Notes: generated by a model not told the origin, from the letters alone. Shown: positions 1 to 8,670, counted from the first letter of the stretch. The stretch: 64,000 bases of DNA from an uncultured Rikenellaceae bacterium (GCA_964507015.1 CAZDOM010000002.1:4038-68037), one strand, 5' to 3'. Numbers and translations: made by a program.

Positions 1-1307
1 GTTGCTATAACAAATATGCTGTTATCACCCTCCTTCAGAATCACAGAACTCTGCCAGTTATAGTTACAGTCACCTGCAGCTGCAGCCTGGAACACTCTGT
101 CTTCCGCCTGCATTACTCCGTTAACAAACAACTTTACCGTTTCTAGTTGGGTGGGAGATTTTATGCAAGCACCTATATTAAATGCTTCGGTATTTACCAC
201 CGTATTTGGAGTGGCAGGATTTGACCATTCAAAACCGGGGACAACAGCAGAAGGATTTGAGAAATACCGTAATTCCGATTTTGTCGCTCCTTCATTGTTT
301 GTTGCAACAAGATAGACATTGTTTTCACCAGGACCGAAGGTCACATTCTTTTCTACTGTAAATGTTTCACTGCCATCAGTTGATTGTATTATTTCCGCTT
401 CACCTTTTGAAACACCATTCAGATAGAGGAGTACTGATTTAAGTCCGGAAGAGGATTTTACCGAGGCCCTGATACTTGCATTAAAAGATTCAAGAGTTGT
501 ATTTGGTCTCGAGGGGCTCACCCATGTTATAAGGGGACTGGTGGAATTCCCGGTAACTTTTGTTTCAGTTTTGGCCTGCGTTGGCTCATTGTTAACAGTC
601 TGTACAGCCGGCGGCGGCTGAACATTGCTTCTTTCAGCCATCAGTGGTGCAGTCTGGCTCTTAAGATAGGATACATTCAGATAATCAATAGATATTTCTG
701 AATTGGTTCCCACATTAAACCCTATCTGGTTTCCTTCCGGTTGAATACCTGTAAACTGTCCTACCAGGATCTCATTGGCAAAAATATAAAAAACTCCTCC
801 TATAGATCTTATGGTCAGCTTATTAAATGAATCATGGCTGATCCTGTAATTACCCGAGCCTTTATATAACGTTTCTACCTTTTTCCTTTTTGAGGGAGTA
901 TCTTTAAGTACATCGATAGTGTTGTTATCCGTTATCTCAATCCTGTAATGATCATACTTGTCATTCATCCCGAATACAAGGGCACCGGTACCTTTTATGA
1001 CTTTTATTGCCGTCTCGATCTCATAATCCTGTCCGGGATTTATTACAATAACCTTGTATGACAGACCCGTTGACATCTGGTAATTCTTACAGGTGACATC
1101 ATAATGCCCGCTTGTTATCTTCCCGCTGATCCAGAGATTATCGGTTATCCACTGCTTTGAATTATCGTCAAAATTATCAAAGAAGGAAACCGTTTTATCT
1201 GAAGGACTATATGAGAGATAATTTTGCTGGGACCATACCGGGTAAACCTGCAACAGAAGCAGTCCAGCCAGTATTAAAAGAGTCTTATGAAGATGATACC
1301 TTTTCAT
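1..1307 (-). CDS. Secreted protein, N-terminal part only because the gene runs off the left edge. It has a signal peptide, a ~200-aa beta-rich module, then at least two tandem ~95-aa Ig-like repeats.
   Basis: This gene is not in the supplied ORF track. The reverse complement of 1305-1307 is ATG. Hand translation gives MKRYHLHKTLLILAGLLLLQVYPVWSQQNYLSYSPSDK... and stays open to position 1 (435 codons, no in-frame stop). Two internal repeats are visible: ITWVSPSRPNTTLESFNASIRASVKSSSGLKSVLLYLNGV... and FEWSNPATPNTVVNTEAFNIGACIKSPTQLETVKLFVNGV... Confidence 0.6.
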   Translation of the reverse strand, partial: MKRYHLHKTLLILAGLLLLQVYPVWSQQNYLSYSPSDKTVSFFDNFDDNSKQWITDNLWISGKITSGHYDVTCKNYQMSTGLSYKVIVINPGQDYEIETAIKVIKGTGALVFGMNDKYDHYRIEITDNNTIDVLKDTPSKRKKVETLYKGSGNYRISHDSFNKLTIRSIGGVFYIFANEILVGQFTGIQPEGNQIGFNVGTNSEISIDYLNVSYLKSQTAPLMAERSNVQPPPAVQTVNNEPTQAKTETKVTGNSTSPLITWVSPSRPNTTLESFNASIRASVKSSSGLKSVLLYLNGVSKGEAEIIQSTDGSETFTVEKNVTFGPGENNVYLVATNNEGATKSELRYFSNPSAVVPGFEWSNPATPNTVVNTEAFNIGACIKSPTQLETVKLFVNGVMQAEDRVFQAAAAGDCNYNWQSSVILKEGDNSIFVIA

Positions 1308-1580
1308 TGTTTTACCTTTTTAAATCCCTTATTTAAAATATCGTAGTATTATTAATTTCTTTTTCATGTTACTACAACCCTGAAAGTTATGAATTTTTTT
1401 GAATTTTGAAGCATAATTATTTAATATTTTGACCAATAGTTCATTTCGTGGTTTGAACAGTCAGAGTTTTGGGGATTAAGGGCGGAGGGCTGAGAACAGA
1501 GGGTGTAGGGTCCAGGATTTGATATATATGATGAGTGTTGTATTTTGGATGAAAAAGTGTAAAATATACACTTAATATAT

Positions 1581-1588
1581 TATTTTTG
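1581..1588 (+). promoter_or_regulatory. Bacteroidota-type -7 box (TAnnTTTG) upstream of the methyltransferase-family gene
   Basis: TATTTTTG lies 41 nt upstream of the ATG at 1630. This is a motif match only. Confidence 0.3.
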
Positions 1589-1629
1589 AAACAGATATAA
1601 AATTGTCAGGTAATATTTATTTTAGTTTA

Positions 1630-2340
1630 ATGGATACCGTTACAAATGATAATAAAAGGAGCATACCGGTAAGAGCTGTTGTGCTGATGTTGTTTTTCAT
1701 TGTTGTTATTCCACTTTTGCCATTACTGATATCCCGGCGGTGGAACTGGTGGGAAGCATGGGTTTATGCAGGTATCTGCATTGTGGGTTTTGCGATAAGC
1801 AGGATGCTGGCCTCACGGCGTCATCCCGACATTCTGGCTGAACGGGCGAGGTACTTGCAGCATGAGGATGCTAAACCGTTTGACAAAATATTGTCTCCGC
1901 TCGTTGCACTTGGCAGTGGAATAATTCCAATTATTGCCGGACTGGACGGACTGTTCCATTGGTCACCCGGATTCAGCCTCACGGTAAAAATAATATCGCT
2001 GATTATCATCCTGGCAGGATATACCCTGGCATCCTATGCCCTTATTGAAAACAGATTCTTCTCGGGAATGGTCCGTATCCAGACCGACCGCAACCATAAG
2101 GTAGTATCCGGAGGGCCTTACCGTTGGATCCGTCATCCCGGTTATGCCGGATCGTTAATAACTTATCCTGTTATACCTCTGCTTCTTGATTCAGAATGGA
2201 CATTTATACCTGCAATTCTTCTCATAATAATTCTGGTCATCCGTACTTATATGGAAGACAATACCTTACAGCAAGAATTGCCGGGATATGCCGATTATAC
2301 AAAAAAAGTAAGGTATCGCCTGATTCCCGGAGTGTGGTGA
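1630..2340 (+). CDS. Isoprenylcysteine carboxyl methyltransferase / phospholipid methyltransferase-family membrane protein
   Basis: The ORF track gives 1603..2340 with a TTG start. The first ATG is at 1630 (MDTVTNDNK...). The protein is multi-pass hydrophobic and carries the family motif GPYRWIRHPGYAGSLI near the C-terminus. Confidence 0.7.
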   Translation: MDTVTNDNKRSIPVRAVVLMLFFIVVIPLLPLLISRRWNWWEAWVYAGICIVGFAISRMLASRRHPDILAERARYLQHEDAKPFDKILSPLVALGSGIIPIIAGLDGLFHWSPGFSLTVKIISLIIILAGYTLASYALIENRFFSGMVRIQTDRNHKVVSGGPYRWIRHPGYAGSLITYPVIPLLLDSEWTFIPAILLIIILVIRTYMEDNTLQQELPGYADYTKKVRYRLIPGVW

Positions 2341-2427
2341 GCGGGGATTACTCCCGACTCGTTTCACTCGTCTTGTATTTTTGTTTTTCATCTCTCCTCA
2401 CCCAGGCGAGCCTGGTTCGGACATCTG

Positions 2428-2458
2428 AAAAATAAAAATCCCGCAGCAAGCTGCGGGA
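2428..2458 (-). terminator. Rho-independent terminator downstream of tRNA-Ser. The hairpin is also positioned after the + strand gene ending at 2340.
   Basis: The stem is TCCCGCAGC / GCTGCGGGA (2439-2447 / 2450-2458). On the minus strand it is followed by TTTTTATTTTT (A-run 2428-2438 on plus). Confidence 0.55.
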
Positions 2459-2471
2459 ATAATTTGTCTTT

Positions 2472-2559
<88 letters not shown>

Positions 2560-2642
2560 CTTTGTCCTCCGTAGCTTCAGTGGAGGAGGATTCCTCCGTA
2601 TCCCGCGAAGCGGGAGAAGGAGGGATTCTTTTATAAGCGCGA

Positions 2643-2650
2643 CAAAATTA
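2643..2650 (-). promoter_or_regulatory. Candidate -7 box (TAATTTTG) about 84 nt upstream of the tRNA-Ser 5' end
   Basis: The plus strand reads CAAAATTA, which is TAATTTTG on the minus strand. It lies 36 nt downstream of the ATPase stop codon. Confidence 0.3.
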
Positions 2651-2685
2651 GAAAATCGCACATTATGTACAAAATAATTACCAAC

Positions 2686-4971
2686 TTATTTCAATCCCTC
2701 GAAAACTTCTACCACCTGCCTGAAATTCTCCAGTGTCTCCTCATCAAAATCAGATATCTTTACTTCACCTGATTTAACATCTGTGAGAAATTTCGAGAAC
2801 AGGAAATTCCGTGGCATCTCCTTTTCCTTAATATAATCTGAGTTAGCAACTGTTATACCTTCCCGGGTTTTTAAAATATGGTTCTTGAAATCGAGTGTCG
2901 ATAACAGATCCTCAGCATTGTAAAATAACCCTGGTAAACTGATAATCATTTTACGTCCGCTGTTATCGGTTTTAAAAACTGTCTCCTTAAGATGATCATG
3001 CATATCGTTCTCCTCCTCGTTCTCAAAAAGAAGGACGGCAAAATCGAGACCCCAGCCCATCAGGATATTACACAGCAAAGGTATAGAAGAGACATTGGTC
3101 GAAGGAATAACACTTATCTTCCCTTTGAATCCGGTAAGTGTAAATATTGCATTTAAAATATAAAACGACCCGGTATCATTCACTATCAGGTTTATCTTTT
3201 TCTCTGAAAATCCCGAACTGGCTGCAGGATTGCCAATTATACTCTGCAGCGGAGAGAGAGTATCGGGCGATGCTGCAGACAGTTTTAAAGGATCAAGTAT
3301 ACGTGTTGCACTCCTCAGGTTGTCAATATCATCTCTCTGAACGGCAAGGACACGGTGAAGCTTGTTAATCTCCACAAGATGAGGAGAATGCGTGGTATAT
3401 ATTATCTGTATCTTGTCCTTAATATCTTCAAACACCTTGAGTACATCTTCCTGTGCTCTGGCATGCAGGCTCACTCCCGGTTCATCAACAAGCAGGATCA
3501 TCTTTTTATTTATGTTTGCGGCTGCCTTCAGTTCCATGTAAAAGGATAAGAACCACCTTACTCCCCTGCTTCTCTGCTTTGGATAAAGCCTCTCTCCCTC
3601 ATCCTTGATCCAGAATTCGAGATATGGTTTTCCGGCCTTTTCGCCGTATGATGCACTATAGTGATCGAGTTCAAACTGGATATTTATCTTGTTATTTCTC
3701 CCGATAGATTGCTGCCAGAAATCCTGGAAATTACATGTCAGGGCATAATTCAGATTCTCGATCTTTTGCTTGAGGATACGGCTTGAAGGCTGCTGGAAGA
3801 ATGAATAATCGAGCTGTGCAATTGACAGGAAATTCCTGGCTGCCTTGTAACCTTCAACCTGATCATTCCCTGTTACAATATCATCCATATCAATGCGGTT
3901 TGGCAAAAGGCTTCCAAAATCCTCAAAAAGCTCAAAAACAGGACTGTATTCAAAATATTTCCTTCCCAGTATCTCGCTGTTATATTGCGATTTATAAGAC
4001 AGAATAATTTCACTTACCCTCTTTTCAGCTTCCTCTTCAGATTTCCCCTCTATTATGTACCCCGACATTGCAATGTGCCTGTCGAGGTCAGATTTCATCT
4101 GGTTTCTTTCGTTCCTGGTTTTTCTGAAATCATTTAGAACAGTTCTCCACTCAATATCATCCTCATCATCAGCAGGACGCATCAGTAGTGTCATTTTCTG
4201 GTGCCTCTCCTCCAGCTTAACTGACAATTCCTCCATGTGGTTGTCGAGGGTAATAAATTTATCCATCAGTTTCTGCCATTTTTCACCAGCTTTTTTAATC
4301 TGTTGTTTGGCTGCCACTTCAGCAGAAAGTGCTTCCAGTTTTTGTTTAAGCTCTTTAAGCTGGTTCGTCAGATCTGTAATCTGTTTCCCCTCAGCCGAAT
4401 CATTTAAATCAGGTTTCTTCGTGAACAATCTGAACCTTTTCAGTTTTGTTTCAATAGATTGAAGTATTGACCTGGTCTCAGATTCCTCTTTGCCCATCTG
4501 TTCCAGTTCCTCTTCCATTCCGGTAATAATACTCATCTCCTGTTCCAGCTTAACTGTCACATCACCCAGATATAAGCGCCATGCATCTTCAAGAGAATCA
4601 AGATACTGACTTATCTCACCGCTTACAACAATGACCGATGAAAGATCAGCTATCCAAACTCTCATAAGTTCAATATGATCGAGTCCTGACAGAAGTTCTT
4701 TTAATTCGGTTCCCGGATTATCAGTTATATTCAGAAGCCATCCTTTGGGAATTGAGAACCTGCAACTCACCTCGGGTAAAGAAAGATCACTGCGAAGAAC
4801 ATCTTCCGAAATTATCCCGGAATAAAACACCTTCATGGCCTCCAGAATAGAGGTTTTCCCCGATTCATTCTGGCCAATAAGACAGGTTATATTATCCGGC
4901 GAGAGTGTTTGCCACCCGGTGTCAACAATTGAACGGAAGTTTTTGATCCTGAAAGCTGTAAGCTTCATCAT
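2686..4971 (-). CDS. ABC-type (OLD / AriA / GajA-like) ATPase with a ~200-aa coiled-coil insertion and a ~170-aa C-terminal domain of uncertain, possibly Toprim-like, nature
   Basis: N-terminus: FRIKNFRSI...CLIGQNESGKTSILEA (Walker A, K39). Residues ~140-330 are heptad-like and E/K/L/Q-rich. The second lobe has QRSRGVRWFLSF (signature-like), MILLVDEPGVSLH (Walker B/D-loop) and IIYTTHSPHL (H-loop). The C-terminal part reads KINLIVNDTGSFYILNAI...ISVIPSTN...LDFAVLLFENEEEND. Confidence 0.75.
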   Translation of the reverse strand: MMKLTAFRIKNFRSIVDTGWQTLSPDNITCLIGQNESGKTSILEAMKVFYSGIISEDVLRSDLSLPEVSCRFSIPKGWLLNITDNPGTELKELLSGLDHIELMRVWIADLSSVIVVSGEISQYLDSLEDAWRLYLGDVTVKLEQEMSIITGMEEELEQMGKEESETRSILQSIETKLKRFRLFTKKPDLNDSAEGKQITDLTNQLKELKQKLEALSAEVAAKQQIKKAGEKWQKLMDKFITLDNHMEELSVKLEERHQKMTLLMRPADDEDDIEWRTVLNDFRKTRNERNQMKSDLDRHIAMSGYIIEGKSEEEAEKRVSEIILSYKSQYNSEILGRKYFEYSPVFELFEDFGSLLPNRIDMDDIVTGNDQVEGYKAARNFLSIAQLDYSFFQQPSSRILKQKIENLNYALTCNFQDFWQQSIGRNNKINIQFELDHYSASYGEKAGKPYLEFWIKDEGERLYPKQRSRGVRWFLSFYMELKAAANINKKMILLVDEPGVSLHARAQEDVLKVFEDIKDKIQIIYTTHSPHLVEINKLHRVLAVQRDDIDNLRSATRILDPLKLSAASPDTLSPLQSIIGNPAASSGFSEKKINLIVNDTGSFYILNAIFTLTGFKGKISVIPSTNVSSIPLLCNILMGWGLDFAVLLFENEEENDMHDHLKETVFKTDNSGRKMIISLPGLFYNAEDLLSTLDFKNHILKTREGITVANSDYIKEKEMPRNFLFSKFLTDVKSGEVKISDFDEETLENFRQVVEVFEGLK

Positions 4972-4982
4972 GATTGGGAAAA

Positions 4983-5861
4983 TTATAATTGAAAACCCAG
5001 AACAAGAACATCATCAATCTGTTGCGTACTTCCCTTCCATTCATCAAAGGTATTCTCAAGTACCTTTTTCTGTTTTGTCATAGGAAGCTCGTTCATTGAT
5101 GATATTACTCTTTTCAGGTGTTTATGTTTGAATTTTTTATCTGTCATTTCACCAAACTGATCTGCAAATCCATCAGAAAACATGTAAAAGCTGTCCCCCG
5201 GTTTAAAATCAATTACCTGGTTTGTAAACGGATGCTCAACCAGTGGTGCAAGTCCGATTGTCATTTTATCAGCTTTAAACTCTGTCAGTTCGCCCTTTCT
5301 CATCATCAACAGGGGTCTGTTGGCGCCTGCAAACTGAAGCTGCCTGGTATTGATGTTTATAATACATAATCCAAGATCGATACTGTCTTTGGCTACTGAA
5401 CCTTTATCACTTTGATGAAGGGCTTTCATCACCTTCTCCCTCATGAGGTTAAGCACCCTGTTTGCTTTAGGCTCACACTTCGATTGCATTATCTCGTTAA
5501 GAAAACTGATACCCAGGATGCTGAGAAGTGCTCCCGGCACACCATGTCCGGTGCAATCACCTGCAGCAATACAAATGCATTGCCTGTTGCTGAATGCATA
5601 GTAGAAATCTCCGCTGACTATATCCCTGGGGAGAAAAAGAACAAAATAATTCTTTACCAGACCCTTCAGGTATGCAGGATCAGGCATGAGAGCTTTCTGG
5701 ATTATCCCTGCATATCTCAGACTCGCCATATGATCATCAATACCCTGGCTTTGTAACAGAGAAACTATATCAGGATTATGTTCTTCTTTGGCCGCCATCT
5801 CACACGACAAAATTCCTGCAAAAGCTAAAGATACATTAATTTGTATTGCATTACAACACAT
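4983..5861 (-). CDS. PP2C / SpoIIE-family serine/threonine protein phosphatase; stand-alone catalytic domain
   Basis: Motifs present: PRDIVSGDFYY, AAGDCTGHGVPGALLS, FYMFSDGFADQ and QIDDVLVLGF. The more likely start is the ATG at 5798 (MAAKEEHNPD...). The long ORF start at 5861 abuts the rlmD stop. Confidence 0.8.
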   Translation of the reverse strand: MCCNAIQINVSLAFAGILSCEMAAKEEHNPDIVSLLQSQGIDDHMASLRYAGIIQKALMPDPAYLKGLVKNYFVLFLPRDIVSGDFYYAFSNRQCICIAAGDCTGHGVPGALLSILGISFLNEIMQSKCEPKANRVLNLMREKVMKALHQSDKGSVAKDSIDLGLCIININTRQLQFAGANRPLLMMRKGELTEFKADKMTIGLAPLVEHPFTNQVIDFKPGDSFYMFSDGFADQFGEMTDKKFKHKHLKRVISSMNELPMTKQKKVLENTFDEWKGSTQQIDDVLVLGFQL

Positions 5862-7274
5862 TTACCGTTCCATCCTTTCCAGGAGAACTACATTTTCCAC
5901 ATGATGTGTCTGCGGAAACATATCTACAGGCTGCACCCTTGTGACCCTGTAACCTGTTGACAGCAAAACGATATCCCGGGCCTGGGTTGCAGGATTACAA
6001 CTTATATATACAATCCTTTCAGGGGAAGCTTCAATTATTTTTTTCACTACATCTTCATGCATACCCGCCCGCGGAGGATCAGTAATAATAACATCGGGGT
6101 ATCCTGTTCTTTTGAAAAGATCGTCAGACAGGATCTTCCTGATATCACCGGAAATAAACTCAGTATTCCCTATATTGTTTATAGAGGCATTCAGTACTGC
6201 GTCTTCAATAGCCTCTTCAATATATTCAATACCAACCACTTTTGAAGCTTTTGATGCTATAAAATTAGCTATTGTTCCTGTGCCCGTATACAGGTCGTAA
6301 ACAATCTCCTTTCCTGTAAGTGATGCCATTTCACAGGCAATTTGATATAATTTCAATGCCTGCCTGGAATTTGTCTGGAAAAAAGATTTTGGGCCTATTC
6401 TGAATCTTAATCCTTTCATTTCCTCAATAAGATGGTCATGACCACTGTAGAGTACCGCCGTTTGATCTGAAAGAGAATCATTTGGTTTTGAGTTTATAAC
6501 ATAAAACAGGGATTTAATACTGCTGAATTCTGAAGCCAGGTGATCAAGTAGCTTATTTCGTCTTTCAGGCTCATCATGAAAGAAAACGACAATAACCATA
6601 AAGTCCCCATTTGTAGCATTACGTATTATAAGGTTTCTGAGGAATCCTGTTTGTTGCCTGGGATCAAAAAACCTTAAAGAGTTTTTATGAGCATACCTCC
6701 TTACTGAATCCCTGATGGCATTTGAAGGTTCGGATTGAAGATGACACTCCCTGATATCCAGGACTTTATCATAGATACCTGGAATATGAAATCCCAGTGC
6801 ATCTTCTTTTTCAAAATCGTGATCGGAATTTATCTCTTCCGCAGTAAGCCATTTCCTGTCTGAGAAAGAGAATTCAAGCTTATTCCTGTACCTGAAAACA
6901 TCCTCTGAACCTTCTATCGGTGTAATATCAGGCAAAATAACTTTACCGATCCGTGTCAGGTTATCAATAACCTGCTTTTGCTTATACCTGAGTTGAAGAT
7001 CATAAGGCAGGTGCTGCCACTTGCAACCTCCGCACACACCAAAATGGCTGCAAATCGGGGTAATCCTGTCTGGGGAATATTCATAAAACCTTACAGCCCT
7101 CCCCTCCATATAATTCTTCTTCTTCCTTGTAACCTTTATGTCAACAACATCACCAGGAATAAGCATTGGCACGAAGACAACCATATTATTTACCCTGGCC
7201 AGGGCATTTCCTTCAGCACCTATATCGGTTATTGTCACCTTTTCAAGGAGGGGCAGCTCTTTTTTCCTTCGCAT
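5862..7274 (-). CDS. rlmD: 23S rRNA (uracil-5-)-methyltransferase RlmD (RumA family), with TRAM domain and Fe-S cysteines
   Basis: There is an N-terminal TRAM-like region (VTITDIGAEGNALAR...), a Cys cluster CSHFGVCGGCKWQH, a SAM-binding DLYTGTGT motif, and a C-terminal YISCNPATQARD motif. Confidence 0.85.
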   Translation of the reverse strand: MRRKKELPLLEKVTITDIGAEGNALARVNNMVVFVPMLIPGDVVDIKVTRKKKNYMEGRAVRFYEYSPDRITPICSHFGVCGGCKWQHLPYDLQLRYKQKQVIDNLTRIGKVILPDITPIEGSEDVFRYRNKLEFSFSDRKWLTAEEINSDHDFEKEDALGFHIPGIYDKVLDIRECHLQSEPSNAIRDSVRRYAHKNSLRFFDPRQQTGFLRNLIIRNATNGDFMVIVVFFHDEPERRNKLLDHLASEFSSIKSLFYVINSKPNDSLSDQTAVLYSGHDHLIEEMKGLRFRIGPKSFFQTNSRQALKLYQIACEMASLTGKEIVYDLYTGTGTIANFIASKASKVVGIEYIEEAIEDAVLNASINNIGNTEFISGDIRKILSDDLFKRTGYPDVIITDPPRAGMHEDVVKKIIEASPERIVYISCNPATQARDIVLLSTGYRVTRVQPVDMFPQTHHVENVVLLERMER

Positions 7275-7284
7275 CTTATTGCCG

Positions 7285-8514
7285 TTAGTCTTTTAGGTTA
7301 AGGATGAATAAAAGACCCTCAATCATACATGGTAAAACTGCTTCATCATGATCCAGATCCGGGAAAATGATCTTTGAACATATTCCAGGGGATGTCCCTG
7401 CTTCAATCATCCCGTCATACATTGTTTCAGTTGAAGAAACATTCACTTGTGTATCACCTGAACCATGTACAAGAAGAAGTGGTTTTTGGGTGATCCAGGC
7501 TGACACACTATTGTTTGTAAGGGCATCCCGGACAGAAGAATAGTCGGATGATAAATAAAAACCTGCAAGGAATTCGCTGCTGAAGAGGTCAGCTATTGTA
7601 GTTGTCAGCTGACTGTTGATTTCATTTATTGAAAGGGTACCGTTATACAAAGAGCTAAGGTTTTCACAATAGGGGGTTTTCATAATACTGCATGCAGTAT
7701 TGGTAAACTGTTCATAATATGAATATGCATAGACAATATAACCAAGATATGCAGGTACAGGATAATCTTCCAGGTTATCCATTCCAAGGAAAAGGTTCAG
7801 GATATTATAAGGTCCTGCACCACAAACACTTCCTGCAAGATTAAAATCATCGGAATACTCAAGCTCGAGTGCCTTGTGAAGGTTAAGAGTTGCCCATCCT
7901 CCCTGTGAATATCCAAGAAGATAATATTCATTCTTTAATTCAATTCCCGGAAATTCATATTTACAGGATTCCTTAAGAGCATAAAGCATATCAACTATCG
8001 ATCTCACAGTAGGCTCAGCAACAAGATACGGGTGTGGAACCTGGCTCGATTCACCAAATCCTGGATAATCGGGTATCACCACCACGAAACCCATTGAGGC
8101 TAAATATTCAATAAGCTGGTATGAAGGATTTATGACATATTCTGAAGGAGCATACGCATTCACAGTATTTGTACCGTTCTGGAAACAGAGAACGGGATAC
8201 TCGCCGGGAGCAGCAGGAATACAAACCAGGCCGGAAGCCTCGATCGCCTCTCCCAAAACTTTTGTCCTGTATACAATTTTATACACATTTACATCATCCC
8301 CGATAAAAGGGATTATTTCACTCAGCTCCGAATATACTTCCAGACCTGCATCCAGCATATTGTTAATAGATGTTGTTGAATAAGTTACAACAAGTTCATC
8401 AGAAACAAAGTAATCATATACTGGTCCGCGATCATCTTTTCTACATGAGGTAACAGATACTATTACTGTAGAAATAAGTAATAGTAACCTTAAAATTTGT
8501 CTTTTAATATTCAT
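7285..8514 (-). CDS. Lipoprotein alpha/beta hydrolase (secretory lipase/esterase-like)
   Basis: The lipobox is VSVTSC. The nucleophile elbow is LLGYSQGGW. A C-terminal HGSGD...DH is consistent with a catalytic triad. Confidence 0.6.
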   Translation of the reverse strand: MNIKRQILRLLLLISTVIVSVTSCRKDDRGPVYDYFVSDELVVTYSTTSINNMLDAGLEVYSELSEIIPFIGDDVNVYKIVYRTKVLGEAIEASGLVCIPAAPGEYPVLCFQNGTNTVNAYAPSEYVINPSYQLIEYLASMGFVVVIPDYPGFGESSQVPHPYLVAEPTVRSIVDMLYALKESCKYEFPGIELKNEYYLLGYSQGGWATLNLHKALELEYSDDFNLAGSVCGAGPYNILNLFLGMDNLEDYPVPAYLGYIVYAYSYYEQFTNTACSIMKTPYCENLSSLYNGTLSINEINSQLTTTIADLFSSEFLAGFYLSSDYSSVRDALTNNSVSAWITQKPLLLVHGSGDTQVNVSSTETMYDGMIEAGTSPGICSKIIFPDLDHDEAVLPCMIEGLLFILNLKD

Positions 8515-8670
8515 TTTTTAATGTTATTATCACAATCGATTATCTATAGGTCAATTTTGTGTACATAAGAATATTACTCATGAACACAAAGGCAGCAAAT
8601 CAAAATTTTGAGGGATAAAGATAATTGTTATTGAGACATAATGTGCTTTCGAAGGCTGGTTTACTTTTTC

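Noticed and set aside
2196-2435. 79-aa + strand ORF overlapping the 3' end of the methyltransferase-family gene
   Set aside because: It is an out-of-frame overlap with a gene carrying a clear family motif. The remainder runs through hairpin-rich intergenic DNA.
4055-4462. 135-aa + strand ORF inside the ATPase gene
   Set aside because: It is antisense to the coiled-coil segment. Its S/F/L-rich low-complexity sequence is the mirror image of E/K-rich codons. It has no promoter or independent support.
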